64,000 nucleotides of DNA, from the NCBI GenBank assembly GCA_037442365.1, contig JBBIQK010000001.1, forward strand, positions 37,797 through 101,796, written 5' to 3'. The notes under the pieces are model-generated. The model made no database searches, was not told where the DNA came from, and worked only from the letters and a program-made list of their open reading frames with translations. This document shows positions 25,795 through 34,222 of the stretch, one piece after another (position 1 is the stretch's first letter; each line of letters starts with the position of its first letter). The DNA is from Armatimonadota bacterium. GTDB lineage: Bacteria > Armatimonadota > Fimbriimonadia > Fimbriimonadales > GBS-DC. The translations under genes and the position numbers were made by a program.

Positions 25795-27267
25795 ATGTCT
25801 CTCGTGCAGGAACCTGTTCTCCCGGCGCGAATATCTTGCCCGATGAATCGCTGGCTGATTCGACTCCTGTTCATCGTAGCGGTTGGCGGCGTGATGGGCA
25901 GCGCGATCTGGAACAATATCGCCACGAACCGCCTGATTGAGCAGGCGACGGGCGAAGATCGCGCGCAGCAGGTCGCCGCGCTCACCGCGCTGGCGCAGCG
26001 GGACGACTTTTTTGACCTGCTCCAGTCGCGCAAGCTGCCCGCGCGCATGCGCGTCGCCGACGGCGTCGAGGCGATGAACAACGCCGACGGCGTGAAGATT
26101 GCGCTGGCGATGTTGCGCGACCCCGACCCGCGCGTGCGCGACCGATTTCTGGAGTCGCTCAAGCGGCTGGGCAGGACGCAGCTTGCCGCCGTCGCTGAGG
26201 GTCTCAAAAACGGCGACGCGAAGGTGCGCAACGGCACGGTGCAGGTGATGATTGCGCTGGGCGAGGCGTCCATCCCGCACGCGCTGAAACTGTTCGAGGA
26301 TTCGGGCGGGCGTGGCGCGGCGACGGAGGTGCTGGCGCATTTCGGCGCGAAGAGCGTGTCCGGACTGCTGGCGCTGCTGCGCACCAAAGACGACGAGGGG
26401 CTGCGACTGGATGTCGTCGCCGCGCTGGGGCGAATCGGCGACCGCCGCGCAACCGACGCGATTTTGCCGTTTTTGAACCTGCCCGCTGAGAAGCGGCGCG
26501 TTGCGCTCTCTGCGCTGGGCAGTATCGCCGACCCGCGCACAGAGAGCGTGCTGATTCGAGCGTTGCGCTCGGCGCAGGACGACCCCGACGCGCGAGCGCA
26601 GGTTGCGCTGGGACTGGGCGCGATAGGCGCGCCGAACGCCCTGCGCGCGCTGCAGGACGCGCTCGGCGAGCTGAACCTGACCGTTGCCGATTCCGCCGCG
26701 CTGGGGCTGCAGCGGGCGGGCGCGCAGGCGTTGCCCTACCTCGCGCAGGCGACGCGCTCTGAGAACCCCGCCGTGCGCCGTCGGACGACCGTCGCGCTGA
26801 GCGGCATCCCCGACGCGCAGAGCGTCGCCCTGCTGGGGCGTTTGCTGAACGACCCCGCGCCCGAAGTGAGTCGCGCCGCCGCCGACGCGCTGGGACAGGT
26901 CAACCGTCCGGAGGCAGTGCCCGTGCTGATACGCGCGCTACGCCATCCCGACGGCGGCGTCGCCCAGAACGCCGCGCGCAGCCTCGCGCGTATCGGCGCG
27001 CCCGCGATTGCGCCCCTGCTGCAGGCGATGCGCAGCGACGACCCCATAGTCGCCTACCTGGCGGCGTCCGCGCTGAGCCAGATCGACGCCGCCGAGCCTG
27101 CGCTGCTGCAAGCCGCGCGCGACCCGATGACGCGCCGCTACGCCCTGCTCGCGCTGATGGAGCGCAACAGCGCGGCGGCAATCCCCCTGCTGCAGGAAGC
27201 CGTGCGCGCGGACGACCCCGCCCTGCGCCAGATTGCCCAGCGCGGCTTGCAACGCCTCGCGCCATGA
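25795..27267 (+). CDS. HEAT-repeat (PBS-lyase-like) protein with N-terminal membrane anchor
   Basis: About ten repeats of the form DP.VR..AA.ALG.IG...A...L. The N-terminal helix is WLIRLLFIVAVGGVMGSAIW. The start may be ATG 25843. Confidence 0.8.
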   Translation: MSLVQEPVLPARISCPMNRWLIRLLFIVAVGGVMGSAIWNNIATNRLIEQATGEDRAQQVAALTALAQRDDFFDLLQSRKLPARMRVADGVEAMNNADGVKIALAMLRDPDPRVRDRFLESLKRLGRTQLAAVAEGLKNGDAKVRNGTVQVMIALGEASIPHALKLFEDSGGRGAATEVLAHFGAKSVSGLLALLRTKDDEGLRLDVVAALGRIGDRRATDAILPFLNLPAEKRRVALSALGSIADPRTESVLIRALRSAQDDPDARAQVALGLGAIGAPNALRALQDALGELNLTVADSAALGLQRAGAQALPYLAQATRSENPAVRRRTTVALSGIPDAQSVALLGRLLNDPAPEVSRAAADALGQVNRPEAVPVLIRALRHPDGGVAQNAARSLARIGAPAIAPLLQAMRSDDPIVAYLAASALSQIDAAEPALLQAARDPMTRRYALLALMERNSAAAIPLLQEAVRADDPALRQIAQRGLQRLAP

Positions 27268-27575
27268 AAACGCACCGTGACTGGCTGGGGCGCGTCGTCG
27301 CCCTGCTGATTGTCCTGCTGGGCGTCGGGCTGATGGTCGCGTGCTTCTCGCTGGCGTACCAGCAGTTCACCACGCCTCCCCGCACGCTGCTGACCAACCC
27401 TCAGACGAACGAGCCCGACCTGCCCAGCATCGCCACGGGAGTCTGGGCAAGCATCCGATCGATACTGCTCCTGCTGCTAATGGTGATTGCGGGCGGGATG
27501 ATTGCCAATCGCGGCGTCGGGCTGTACCTGAATGTGCGCCGCGCCGAGCTGGAAGAGCGCGACCGCGACGCATAA
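27264..27575 (+). CDS. small two-TM membrane protein
   Basis: ATGA overlap with the HEAT-repeat gene stop. Two clear hydrophobic helices. No family recognised. Confidence 0.5.
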   Translation: MKTHRDWLGRVVALLIVLLGVGLMVACFSLAYQQFTTPPRTLLTNPQTNEPDLPSIATGVWASIRSILLLLLMVIAGGMIANRGVGLYLNVRRAELEERDRDA

Positions 27576-27609
27576 CCGCTTCAGAACGGAGACACCTGAT
27601 TGTTCTCGT

Positions 27610-29712
27610 TCAGAAGTCTTCGTTTATCGCATCGGGCGATTTCAGAAACTCTGGCGGCAACTCACTCCAGCGCAGGGGCTTCAGCCCCATCAGCGGGCGG
27701 TAGCCATACAGCTCAGACCATCCTGTTTCTGCTTTCAACGCCCCAAAACGTACAGAGAGGCTGATCTCCTGACGCTCGACGGGCAGCAGCAGCGAGTTCT
27801 GAAGATAGTCCCACTGACGGCGCGCGTATACATCTTCGTCTGCATCTGCTTGCGCCCTGCTCAGCATATCGGTCTCATCAAACTCTCCCCAAACGCCTAT
27901 CCCCGACCGATGGGACAGCACGCCTTTTGTGCGTTCTACTCTCCCCACCAGCGCCCCATCGCGCGGCAGACCGTCGGGGAAATACGCGTGCGGCAGGTCT
28001 ACCAGCTCACGCGCCCGGCGGTAGAGCGTTTTATTGGGATCCTCTTCATCAGGCGCAAGGAAAACGCTGCCGGAGTTGTATATATGCCGCTCCAGTGCCC
28101 GAAATTCGCCGGGTGATAGATGCATTAGCGGAAGCGCCGCACGCCCCGCGGGGCTGTCAAGCGCACTATGCAAGAGGCGACTCACAACCGGAGACAGAGT
28201 AGGATAGTCCATATCCTCCGTAAGAAAGGAAAGTTCGCGTAGGCGAAAGCGATAAAAGTTTGCCAGAATCGACCAGTCCGCCGTATCCAGCGAATCGGTC
28301 GGTTCAAAGTAGCCGCGTTGGATGACCCGATGCAGCCAGCGGCTGAGGGCGCGACGGTCGGCGCGCAGCCCCCACTGCAAACTGCTCATTTCGGGTTTCA
28401 CCAGGATGACTTCGTCGATGGAATGTAATTCATATCCAAACCAATAGTAGAAGAAATCTACGAGAAATTTTTCATTTTTAAAAATATTAATATCCCATAC
28501 TAATAGCCTATCGTTCAGCAGCGCTATGATAGGGCGTTCTTTGTAGCGGGCGTAGCTCCGCAACACATCAGAGGGTACAAACCGCAGCGGCTCGTGTTTG
28601 GCGGGGTCCAGAATCTCTGGCAGCGGAACCACCTGCGCCTGCGGTTGGAACAGGCGCAGCGCATCGAACCACTGCTGGGTCTCCGCACGCCACTCTACTG
28701 GCTTGGCAAGCGTGCTGTCTTCGCGGAGCATGTGCTCTTTTTTCTTGTCCTCATCTTCCCAGTCACTCCAATAACTCGCAGACGCTATCACAGAGTTCTC
28801 CTCATCTGCCAGATACAGTTCGAATTCAATCTCGTTATATGCCTGAGACCGCTTCACTGCCAGGAAAATCCTTGCGGGCATTGCTTCGATGCGTTCGCGT
28901 CTGGGGGGTTCTATATCTTCGCGAAGCGCCCAGAAATACGCTCGATAATCTTCGTATTGGCTCTGATTGAGCCGATCACGCAGCTCGTCGCACGCCGCCT
29001 CGTAAATCGCGCGCTCCTGACGCCACTGCTCCAGCAGTGGGCGCACATCCATCGGCAACGGCAGCAGGTATCGTCCCGAAACATTGCTGAACACCCGACG
29101 CTCGTCAAACGCAAGGCTACCCATTCGGCGCAAGTCCATCTGCTGCAGCATGCGACATAACAGTCGCCTATCAGGCAGTAGCACGCACCGGAACTTGTTG
29201 TTCGAATCGTTAAGCAATATTTCTTGCTCTTCTTCGGGAACTTCTCCAGCCGCGAGTTTATCCAGCTGGCTGATGATTTCCTGGATGGCTTTGCGCGTCT
29301 CCTCGTGGGTCAGCGGCTGCAACAACTGGCGAAACCGCTCGGTTTGCATCTCTTTGCGGAGCCACTCGATGATCTTTTCGTAGTCTTCCTGCCTGCAGCG
29401 CGCGGCGACGGCGGGCGTGCGCGCCAGCCGATACTGGCGCTCCGACTCGGCAATCCACTCCGCGTCCGCCACAAACGCCAGATGGCGCATCAACTTCTGC
29501 AGCGGCATCTCCTGCACGGCGACCAGCACAATCTCCTGCTTCAGTTCGGGCGCGGGGTAGAGTTTCAGGTTCGTTTGTCTGGACAGGTCGCGCAGGAGCG
29601 ATTCAAGCGTCTGAGCGGGCTGGTCATACGAAATGCGTTGCGCCAGCGGGTCATCAGCGCACCAGCCCATCACGACACACAGCAGCCCAAAGCACGCAAT
29701 GGTTCGTTTCAT
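27610..29712 (-). CDS. hypothetical secreted protein (700 aa), STN-like N-terminal segment
   Basis: Signal peptide MKRTIACFGLLCVVMGWCADD. GGAGGG RBS. Lower GC than the surroundings. No family recognised beyond a loose STN-like N-terminus. Confidence 0.7.
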   Translation of the reverse strand: MKRTIACFGLLCVVMGWCADDPLAQRISYDQPAQTLESLLRDLSRQTNLKLYPAPELKQEIVLVAVQEMPLQKLMRHLAFVADAEWIAESERQYRLARTPAVAARCRQEDYEKIIEWLRKEMQTERFRQLLQPLTHEETRKAIQEIISQLDKLAAGEVPEEEQEILLNDSNNKFRCVLLPDRRLLCRMLQQMDLRRMGSLAFDERRVFSNVSGRYLLPLPMDVRPLLEQWRQERAIYEAACDELRDRLNQSQYEDYRAYFWALREDIEPPRRERIEAMPARIFLAVKRSQAYNEIEFELYLADEENSVIASASYWSDWEDEDKKKEHMLREDSTLAKPVEWRAETQQWFDALRLFQPQAQVVPLPEILDPAKHEPLRFVPSDVLRSYARYKERPIIALLNDRLLVWDINIFKNEKFLVDFFYYWFGYELHSIDEVILVKPEMSSLQWGLRADRRALSRWLHRVIQRGYFEPTDSLDTADWSILANFYRFRLRELSFLTEDMDYPTLSPVVSRLLHSALDSPAGRAALPLMHLSPGEFRALERHIYNSGSVFLAPDEEDPNKTLYRRARELVDLPHAYFPDGLPRDGALVGRVERTKGVLSHRSGIGVWGEFDETDMLSRAQADADEDVYARRQWDYLQNSLLLPVERQEISLSVRFGALKAETGWSELYGYRPLMGLKPLRWSELPPEFLKSPDAINEDF

Positions 29713-29827
29713 CTTTTAGTCCCTCCGTTGTAGTGTACCTTCAATTACGACGCTTTTCAGGAGATTCCTACTGAATGTCACTGCGGAAAGTTTTCGGCAG
29801 CTCCGCTGTTCGCGCACGCGCATAAGT

Positions 29828-29881
29828 TGGAGTGCTGAAGCGGGAGCTTCAGCGTCGCGGGAGATCCGCTTCCGCACTCCA
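29828..29881. repeat. 54-nt structured repeat element, copy 2
   Basis: Same architecture and orientation as 8675..8728. Differences fall in loops or the linker, or create a G-U pair. Hairpin 1 has a GGGA (GNRA-type) loop here. Confidence 0.7.
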
Positions 29882-29912
29882 TACCACGCCCCCGATACAG
29901 TCGCCCTCCCCC

Positions 29913-29941
29913 TTGAATTTCGCGTCCCGATGGGGTATAAT
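29913..29941 (+). promoter_or_regulatory. sigma70-type promoter of tRNA operon (TTGAAT-17-TATAAT)
   Basis: TTGAAT at 29913..29918, a 17-nt spacer, and TATAAT at 29936..29941. The first tRNA starts 11 nt after the -10 box. Confidence 0.75.
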
Positions 29942-29952
29942 CATCGACGCTC

Positions 29953-30028
29953 GCGTCCGTAGCTCAGAGGATAGAGCGCAAGGTTGCGGACCTTGAGGTC
30001 GGGGGTTCGAGTCCCTCCGGACGCGCCA
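29953..30028 (+). tRNA. tRNA-Arg (anticodon GCG)
   Basis: Hand-folded cloverleaf: acceptor GCGTCCG/CGGACGC, anticodon stem CAAGG/CCTTG, loop TTGCGGA, T-arm GGGGG-TTCGAGT-CCCTC, encoded CCA. Confidence 0.85.
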
Positions 30029-30037
30029 TTCTCTTTT

Positions 30038-30113
30038 GCCCTCGTAGCTCAGTGGATAGAGCGCCTCCGTCCTAAGGAGGGCGTCGGGGGTTCGAATCCC
30101 TCCGAGGGCGCCA
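30038..30113 (+). tRNA. tRNA-Arg (anticodon CCT)
   Basis: Acceptor GCCCTCG/CGAGGGC, anticodon stem CCTCC/GGAGG, loop GTCCTAA, T-loop TTCGAAT, encoded CCA. Confidence 0.85.
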
Positions 30114-30120
30114 TACGCTC

Positions 30121-30215
<95 letters not shown>

Positions 30216-30223
30216 AAGACGCC

Positions 30224-30988
30224 ATGCGCTGGATCGACACGCACTGCCACCTGAACCACCCCGATTTGTACGCCGACTGGAAGGGCGCTCTCTTTCGGGC
30301 GCAACAGTCGGGCGTCGAGCGACTGATTCTGATTGGCTACGACTTAGCCAGCAGCCGCCGCGCCATCGAACTGGCGGAGCAATCGGACGCGCTCTACGCC
30401 GCCGTTGGGATTCATCCCCACGACGCAAAGCACTGCGACGCGCACGCGCTGGACGCCCTGCACGCGCTGGCGCAGCATCCGCGCGTGATTGCCATCGGCG
30501 AGATTGGGCTGGACTTCTACCGCGACCTGTCGCCCCGCGAAGCACAGTACGCGGCGTTCCACGCGCAGATGCAACTCGCGCAGGCACTGGGATTGCCCGT
30601 CGTGCTGCACTGCCGCGACGCCTACGACGAGCTGCTCGAAGCGCTGGCAGCCTATCCCCGTGTGCGCGGGGTACTCCACTGCTTCTCAGGGACGGAGTCG
30701 CACGCCCGACGCGGGCTGGCGCTGGGCTACTTTCTGGGCATTGGCGGTGTGATTACCTTCAAGAGCGCGGAGTCGCTGCGGGCGATTGTGCGCCAGACGC
30801 CCCGCGAGCGGCTGCTGCTGGAGACCGACGCGCCCTACCTCGCGCCGCACCCGTATCGAGGCAAACGCAACGAGCCTGCCTACCTGCCCCTGATTGCCCA
30901 GCAGGTCGCCGCGCTCTGGGAGGTCTCGCTGGACGCGCTCTCGGAGCAGACTGAAGCAAATGTGAAACGCCTGTTCGAGCGTTTGTAG
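30224..30988 (+). CDS. tatD: TatD-family metal-dependent hydrolase
   Basis: MRWIDTHCHLN..., IGEIGLDFYR, VVLHCRDA and LLETDAPYL are the TatD motifs. Confidence 0.9.
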   Translation: MRWIDTHCHLNHPDLYADWKGALFRAQQSGVERLILIGYDLASSRRAIELAEQSDALYAAVGIHPHDAKHCDAHALDALHALAQHPRVIAIGEIGLDFYRDLSPREAQYAAFHAQMQLAQALGLPVVLHCRDAYDELLEALAAYPRVRGVLHCFSGTESHARRGLALGYFLGIGGVITFKSAESLRAIVRQTPRERLLLETDAPYLAPHPYRGKRNEPAYLPLIAQQVAALWEVSLDALSEQTEANVKRLFERL

Positions 30989-30992
30989 TCGC

Positions 30993-31790
30993 CTACGAAC
31001 TCGCGCTGGTGTAGCTACGCAGGGCGAACTTCCAGAAGATGCGCCCCATCACGAAAAAGCCCAGCGCCCACGCGACCGCAAACCACAGAAACCCCGCCGA
31101 CGCCTTGCCCAGCAACGCCTGAGTCGGAATCGTCGCCAGAAACGCCACAGGCAATACATAGGTAAACACTCGCCGCAGCACCCGATCGAACACATCCGTC
31201 GGGAAACGCCCGATCTGCGCAAACACATCCGACAGCACCCACAGATTCTCCACGCGCACCAGCCAGATGCTCAGCGTCATCATCATAAAGTGAAAGGAAT
31301 AGAAAATCAGCACGCCTGTCAACACCATCCCCAGATAGAGCGCGAGGTTCATCAGCGACGGCGCATAGTCCAGCTGAAAGAGCGCGTACACTCCCAGCAG
31401 CACCGCCACCGCCAGCGAGCCGAGCTGATCCAGATTAATCCGCCGCAACGAGAGCCAGAACTGCGAATCGACGGGCTTGAACAGCACGAAATCGAGCGTG
31501 CCCTGACGCACGAGCGTGGGCAGCTCGGATAGCCCGAAATAAAACAGTGTGGAGATGAGCGCGTCGATGAAGTAGAGCGTCGCCGCAAGCATCAGCGCCT
31601 CCGACTCGCTCCAGCCTGCGATGGAGTCGGTGTGTCGGAAGATAATCTTGAGCGTGGCGAGGAAAAAGCCGAGCCAGAGCGCGTTGTAGAGCATTTTCGC
31701 CCAGAAGTTCGCGCGGAACTCCATCTCGCGCACGAAGCTGGCGCGGAGAAACGCTTTGTAGAGCCGCCAGTAGAAGCCGAGCCGCCTCAC
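30993..31790 (-). CDS. ABC-2 family transporter permease (PF06182/DUF990-like)
   Basis: Six TM helices with the motif GTLDFVLFKPVDSQF. The GTG start overlaps the upstream stop (GTGA). Confidence 0.75.
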   Translation of the reverse strand: MRRLGFYWRLYKAFLRASFVREMEFRANFWAKMLYNALWLGFFLATLKIIFRHTDSIAGWSESEALMLAATLYFIDALISTLFYFGLSELPTLVRQGTLDFVLFKPVDSQFWLSLRRINLDQLGSLAVAVLLGVYALFQLDYAPSLMNLALYLGMVLTGVLIFYSFHFMMMTLSIWLVRVENLWVLSDVFAQIGRFPTDVFDRVLRRVFTYVLPVAFLATIPTQALLGKASAGFLWFAVAWALGFFVMGRIFWKFALRSYTSASS

Positions 31791-32587
31791 ATCCCCACCC
31801 CCGTATACTGGCGCAGCCCCTTACGCCACAGGAGTTGCGCCGCGCCCGCGCCAATCAGCGCCCACATCCCCTGCAGCCCAATCTCCAGCCACATCGCCTC
31901 GCCCTGCAGCTTGCCAATTGCAATCTCCACGGGCACGGCAGTGGTGTAGCGGAAGGGGAACACCACCGCGAGCGCCTGCAGCCAGCCAGGCATCAGCGCA
32001 ATCGGCGCGACCCAGCCGCTCAACAGCAACATCGGCGCGTAATACAGCGAGAACACGCTCTGCGTCTCCTGCAACCAGAACGCCAGACACGCCAGCGCAT
32101 ACGCCACCCAGAACGACACCAGGTGCCCCAGCAACACGCTCAGCCAGAATTCCCACCCCAGCGTCAGCGGGCTGAGCGTGGTGAAGCGACTGTAGTACCA
32201 CAGCGCGAGCAGCGCAACGGGCACAAACAGCACCATCCGCATCGCCCGCCACGAGATGTTCCGCGCAAACAGCATCCATACCACAGGCACGGGGCGCAAC
32301 AACCACTGCGACAATACGCCCTCCTTGATCTCCATCGATAAATCCCACATCAGGTGGCTCACGATGAAGTTCGTAGTGAAGGCAATCATCACATAGTAGG
32401 TCACCATCTCGCCGGGGTTGTAGCCCCCAATCGCCTCGCGCCCGCCATACGCCGACAGCCATACCAGCGGCATCACCAAGCAATGCACCACATCGGTCAG
32501 CATCCAGATGAACGCGCTGGCGCGATAGGCAAGGCTATCCGCGATGTAGATTTTCAGAAGCGCAATCACTTTGGAGATCAGTTGCAT
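31787..32587 (-). CDS. ABC-2 family transporter permease (paralogue)
   Basis: The region from MQLISKVIALLKIYIADSLAYRASAFIWML... onwards has the same family layout. The upstream 106 aa of the ORF are antisense to icd and were rejected. Confidence 0.75.
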   Translation of the reverse strand: MQLISKVIALLKIYIADSLAYRASAFIWMLTDVVHCLVMPLVWLSAYGGREAIGGYNPGEMVTYYVMIAFTTNFIVSHLMWDLSMEIKEGVLSQWLLRPVPVVWMLFARNISWRAMRMVLFVPVALLALWYYSRFTTLSPLTLGWEFWLSVLLGHLVSFWVAYALACLAFWLQETQSVFSLYYAPMLLLSGWVAPIALMPGWLQALAVVFPFRYTTAVPVEIAIGKLQGEAMWLEIGLQGMWALIGAGAAQLLWRKGLRQYTGVGM

Positions 32588-32699
32588 AGTCGTTCGTGTG
32601 TCCGGGTTTGTTGGACGCAAGCCAAGCTGGCGTCGCCTTCGAAGTATACCTCGCTCGCCCCACCCAGCGGGTATACTCTCGCCGACTGGAGGAGAGACG

Positions 32700-34163
32700 A
32701 TGGCGTACACAACCGAGTCTGGTAAAAAACTCATCACGGTCATCCCGGGCGACGGGATTGGACCCGAATGCGTGGAATCCGCTTTGAAGCTGCTGCAGGC
32801 GGTGAACGCGCCCATCGAGTGGGAAGTGCGCGAGGCAGGCGCAAGCGTATTTAAGAAAGGTATCGAATCGGGCGTGCCCCAGGAGACCATCGAGTCGATT
32901 CGCAAGACGCGCGTGGCGCTGAAAGGTCCGTTGGAGACGCCTGTCGGCTACGGCGAGAAGAGCGCGAATGTGACCCTGCGCAAGCTGTTCGAGACCTACG
33001 CAAATGTGCGTCCTGTGCGCGAGTTCCCGAATGTGCCCACGCCCTACAGCGGGCGCGGGATTGACCTTGTGGTGGTGCGCGAGAATGTGGAGGATTTGTA
33101 CGCAGGGATAGAGTATATGCAGACGCCCGGCGTGGCGCAGACGCTGAAGCTCATCTCGCGCAAGGGCTGCGAGAAGATTGTGCGCTTTGCCTTCGAGCTG
33201 GCGCGCGCCGAAGGACGCAAAAAAGTTCACTGCGCCACCAAAGCGAACATCATGAAGTTCGCCGAAGGCACGCTGAAACGCACCTTCGAGGCAATTGCGC
33301 CCGAATACCCCGATATCGAAGCCAACCACATTATCATCGACAACTGCGCCCACCAGCTGGTGAAGCGCCCGGAACAGTTCGAGGTCATCGTCACCACGAA
33401 CATGAACGGCGACATCATCAGCGACCTGACCTCCGCGCTGGTGGGTGGACTAGGCTTCGCGCCCTCCGCCAACATCGGCAACGAGGTCGCCATCTTCGAA
33501 GCCGTGCATGGCTCCGCGCCCAAGTACGCGGGCAAGAATGTGATTAACCCGACGGCGGTGATTCTGTCGATGGTGATGATGCTGCGCTATCTGGGCGAGT
33601 TCGAGGCGGCGGCGACCATCGAGAACGCCCTGCTCTATACGCTGGAAGAGGGCAAGGTGCGCACGGGCGATGTGGTCGGCTACGATCAGGGCGCGAAGAC
33701 CACGGAATACACTGACGCGATTATCGCCAATCTCGGCAAGAAGCCGTCCACGGCGCATGTACGCGACTACCGCCCCATCCAGCTGCCGCAGGTTCCCGCC
33801 GATCCCGTGTTCGTGCGCCCACAGACGCGGCGCGTGGTCGGCGTAGACATCTTCGTGGAGTCGGAGCTGTTCCCCGAACCGCTGGGACAAGCGCTGGAGC
33901 AGCTGGTCGCCGAGTCGCCGTTCCACCTGAAGATGATTTCCAATCGCGGCACGAAGGTCTACCCACCCACGGGCGCGATTACTGATGTGGTGGACCATTA
34001 CCGGTGTCGTTTTCTGTTGCACGATGCGCAGGGCGATGCGATCGACGCGCAGATTTTGGAGCTGATTCAGCGCGTGGGCAGCCGCTTCCGCTGGGCGCAC
34101 ATCGAGAAGCTGCAGGAGTTCGACGGCGCGGTGGGCTACACCAAAGCGCAGGGCGAGGACTGA
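32700..34163 (+). CDS. icd: isocitrate dehydrogenase (isocitrate/isopropylmalate DH family) with C-terminal extension
   Basis: Carries GDGIGPE, the substrate-binding motifs and NMNGDIISD. About 140 extra C-terminal residues. GGAGGAG RBS before ATG 32700. Confidence 0.9.
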   Translation: MAYTTESGKKLITVIPGDGIGPECVESALKLLQAVNAPIEWEVREAGASVFKKGIESGVPQETIESIRKTRVALKGPLETPVGYGEKSANVTLRKLFETYANVRPVREFPNVPTPYSGRGIDLVVVRENVEDLYAGIEYMQTPGVAQTLKLISRKGCEKIVRFAFELARAEGRKKVHCATKANIMKFAEGTLKRTFEAIAPEYPDIEANHIIIDNCAHQLVKRPEQFEVIVTTNMNGDIISDLTSALVGGLGFAPSANIGNEVAIFEAVHGSAPKYAGKNVINPTAVILSMVMMLRYLGEFEAAATIENALLYTLEEGKVRTGDVVGYDQGAKTTEYTDAIIANLGKKPSTAHVRDYRPIQLPQVPADPVFVRPQTRRVVGVDIFVESELFPEPLGQALEQLVAESPFHLKMISNRGTKVYPPTGAITDVVDHYRCRFLLHDAQGDAIDAQILELIQRVGSRFRWAHIEKLQEFDGAVGYTKAQGED

Positions 34164-34184
34164 ACGCGCTCGCGAGAGAGCAGT

Positions 34185-34222
34185 GTCAGGGGGAACCGCC
34201 GTAGCGGTTCCCCCTGACTTTT
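34185..34222 (+). terminator. intrinsic terminator after icd, shared with the convergent giant operon
   Basis: Perfect 15-bp stem GTCAGGGGGAACCGC-cgta-GCGGTTCCCCCTGAC followed by TTTT. It abuts the TAA stop of the 2134-aa gene. Confidence 0.85.

Noticed and set aside
25734-26540. 268-aa and 188-aa minus-strand ORFs
   Set aside because: Antisense to the HEAT-repeat gene, whose repeats are clearly periodic in the plus frame.
32588-32905. N-terminal 106 aa of ORF 31787..32905
   Set aside because: It overlaps the icd promoter and 5' region on the opposite strand. The permease similarity begins at ATG 32587.
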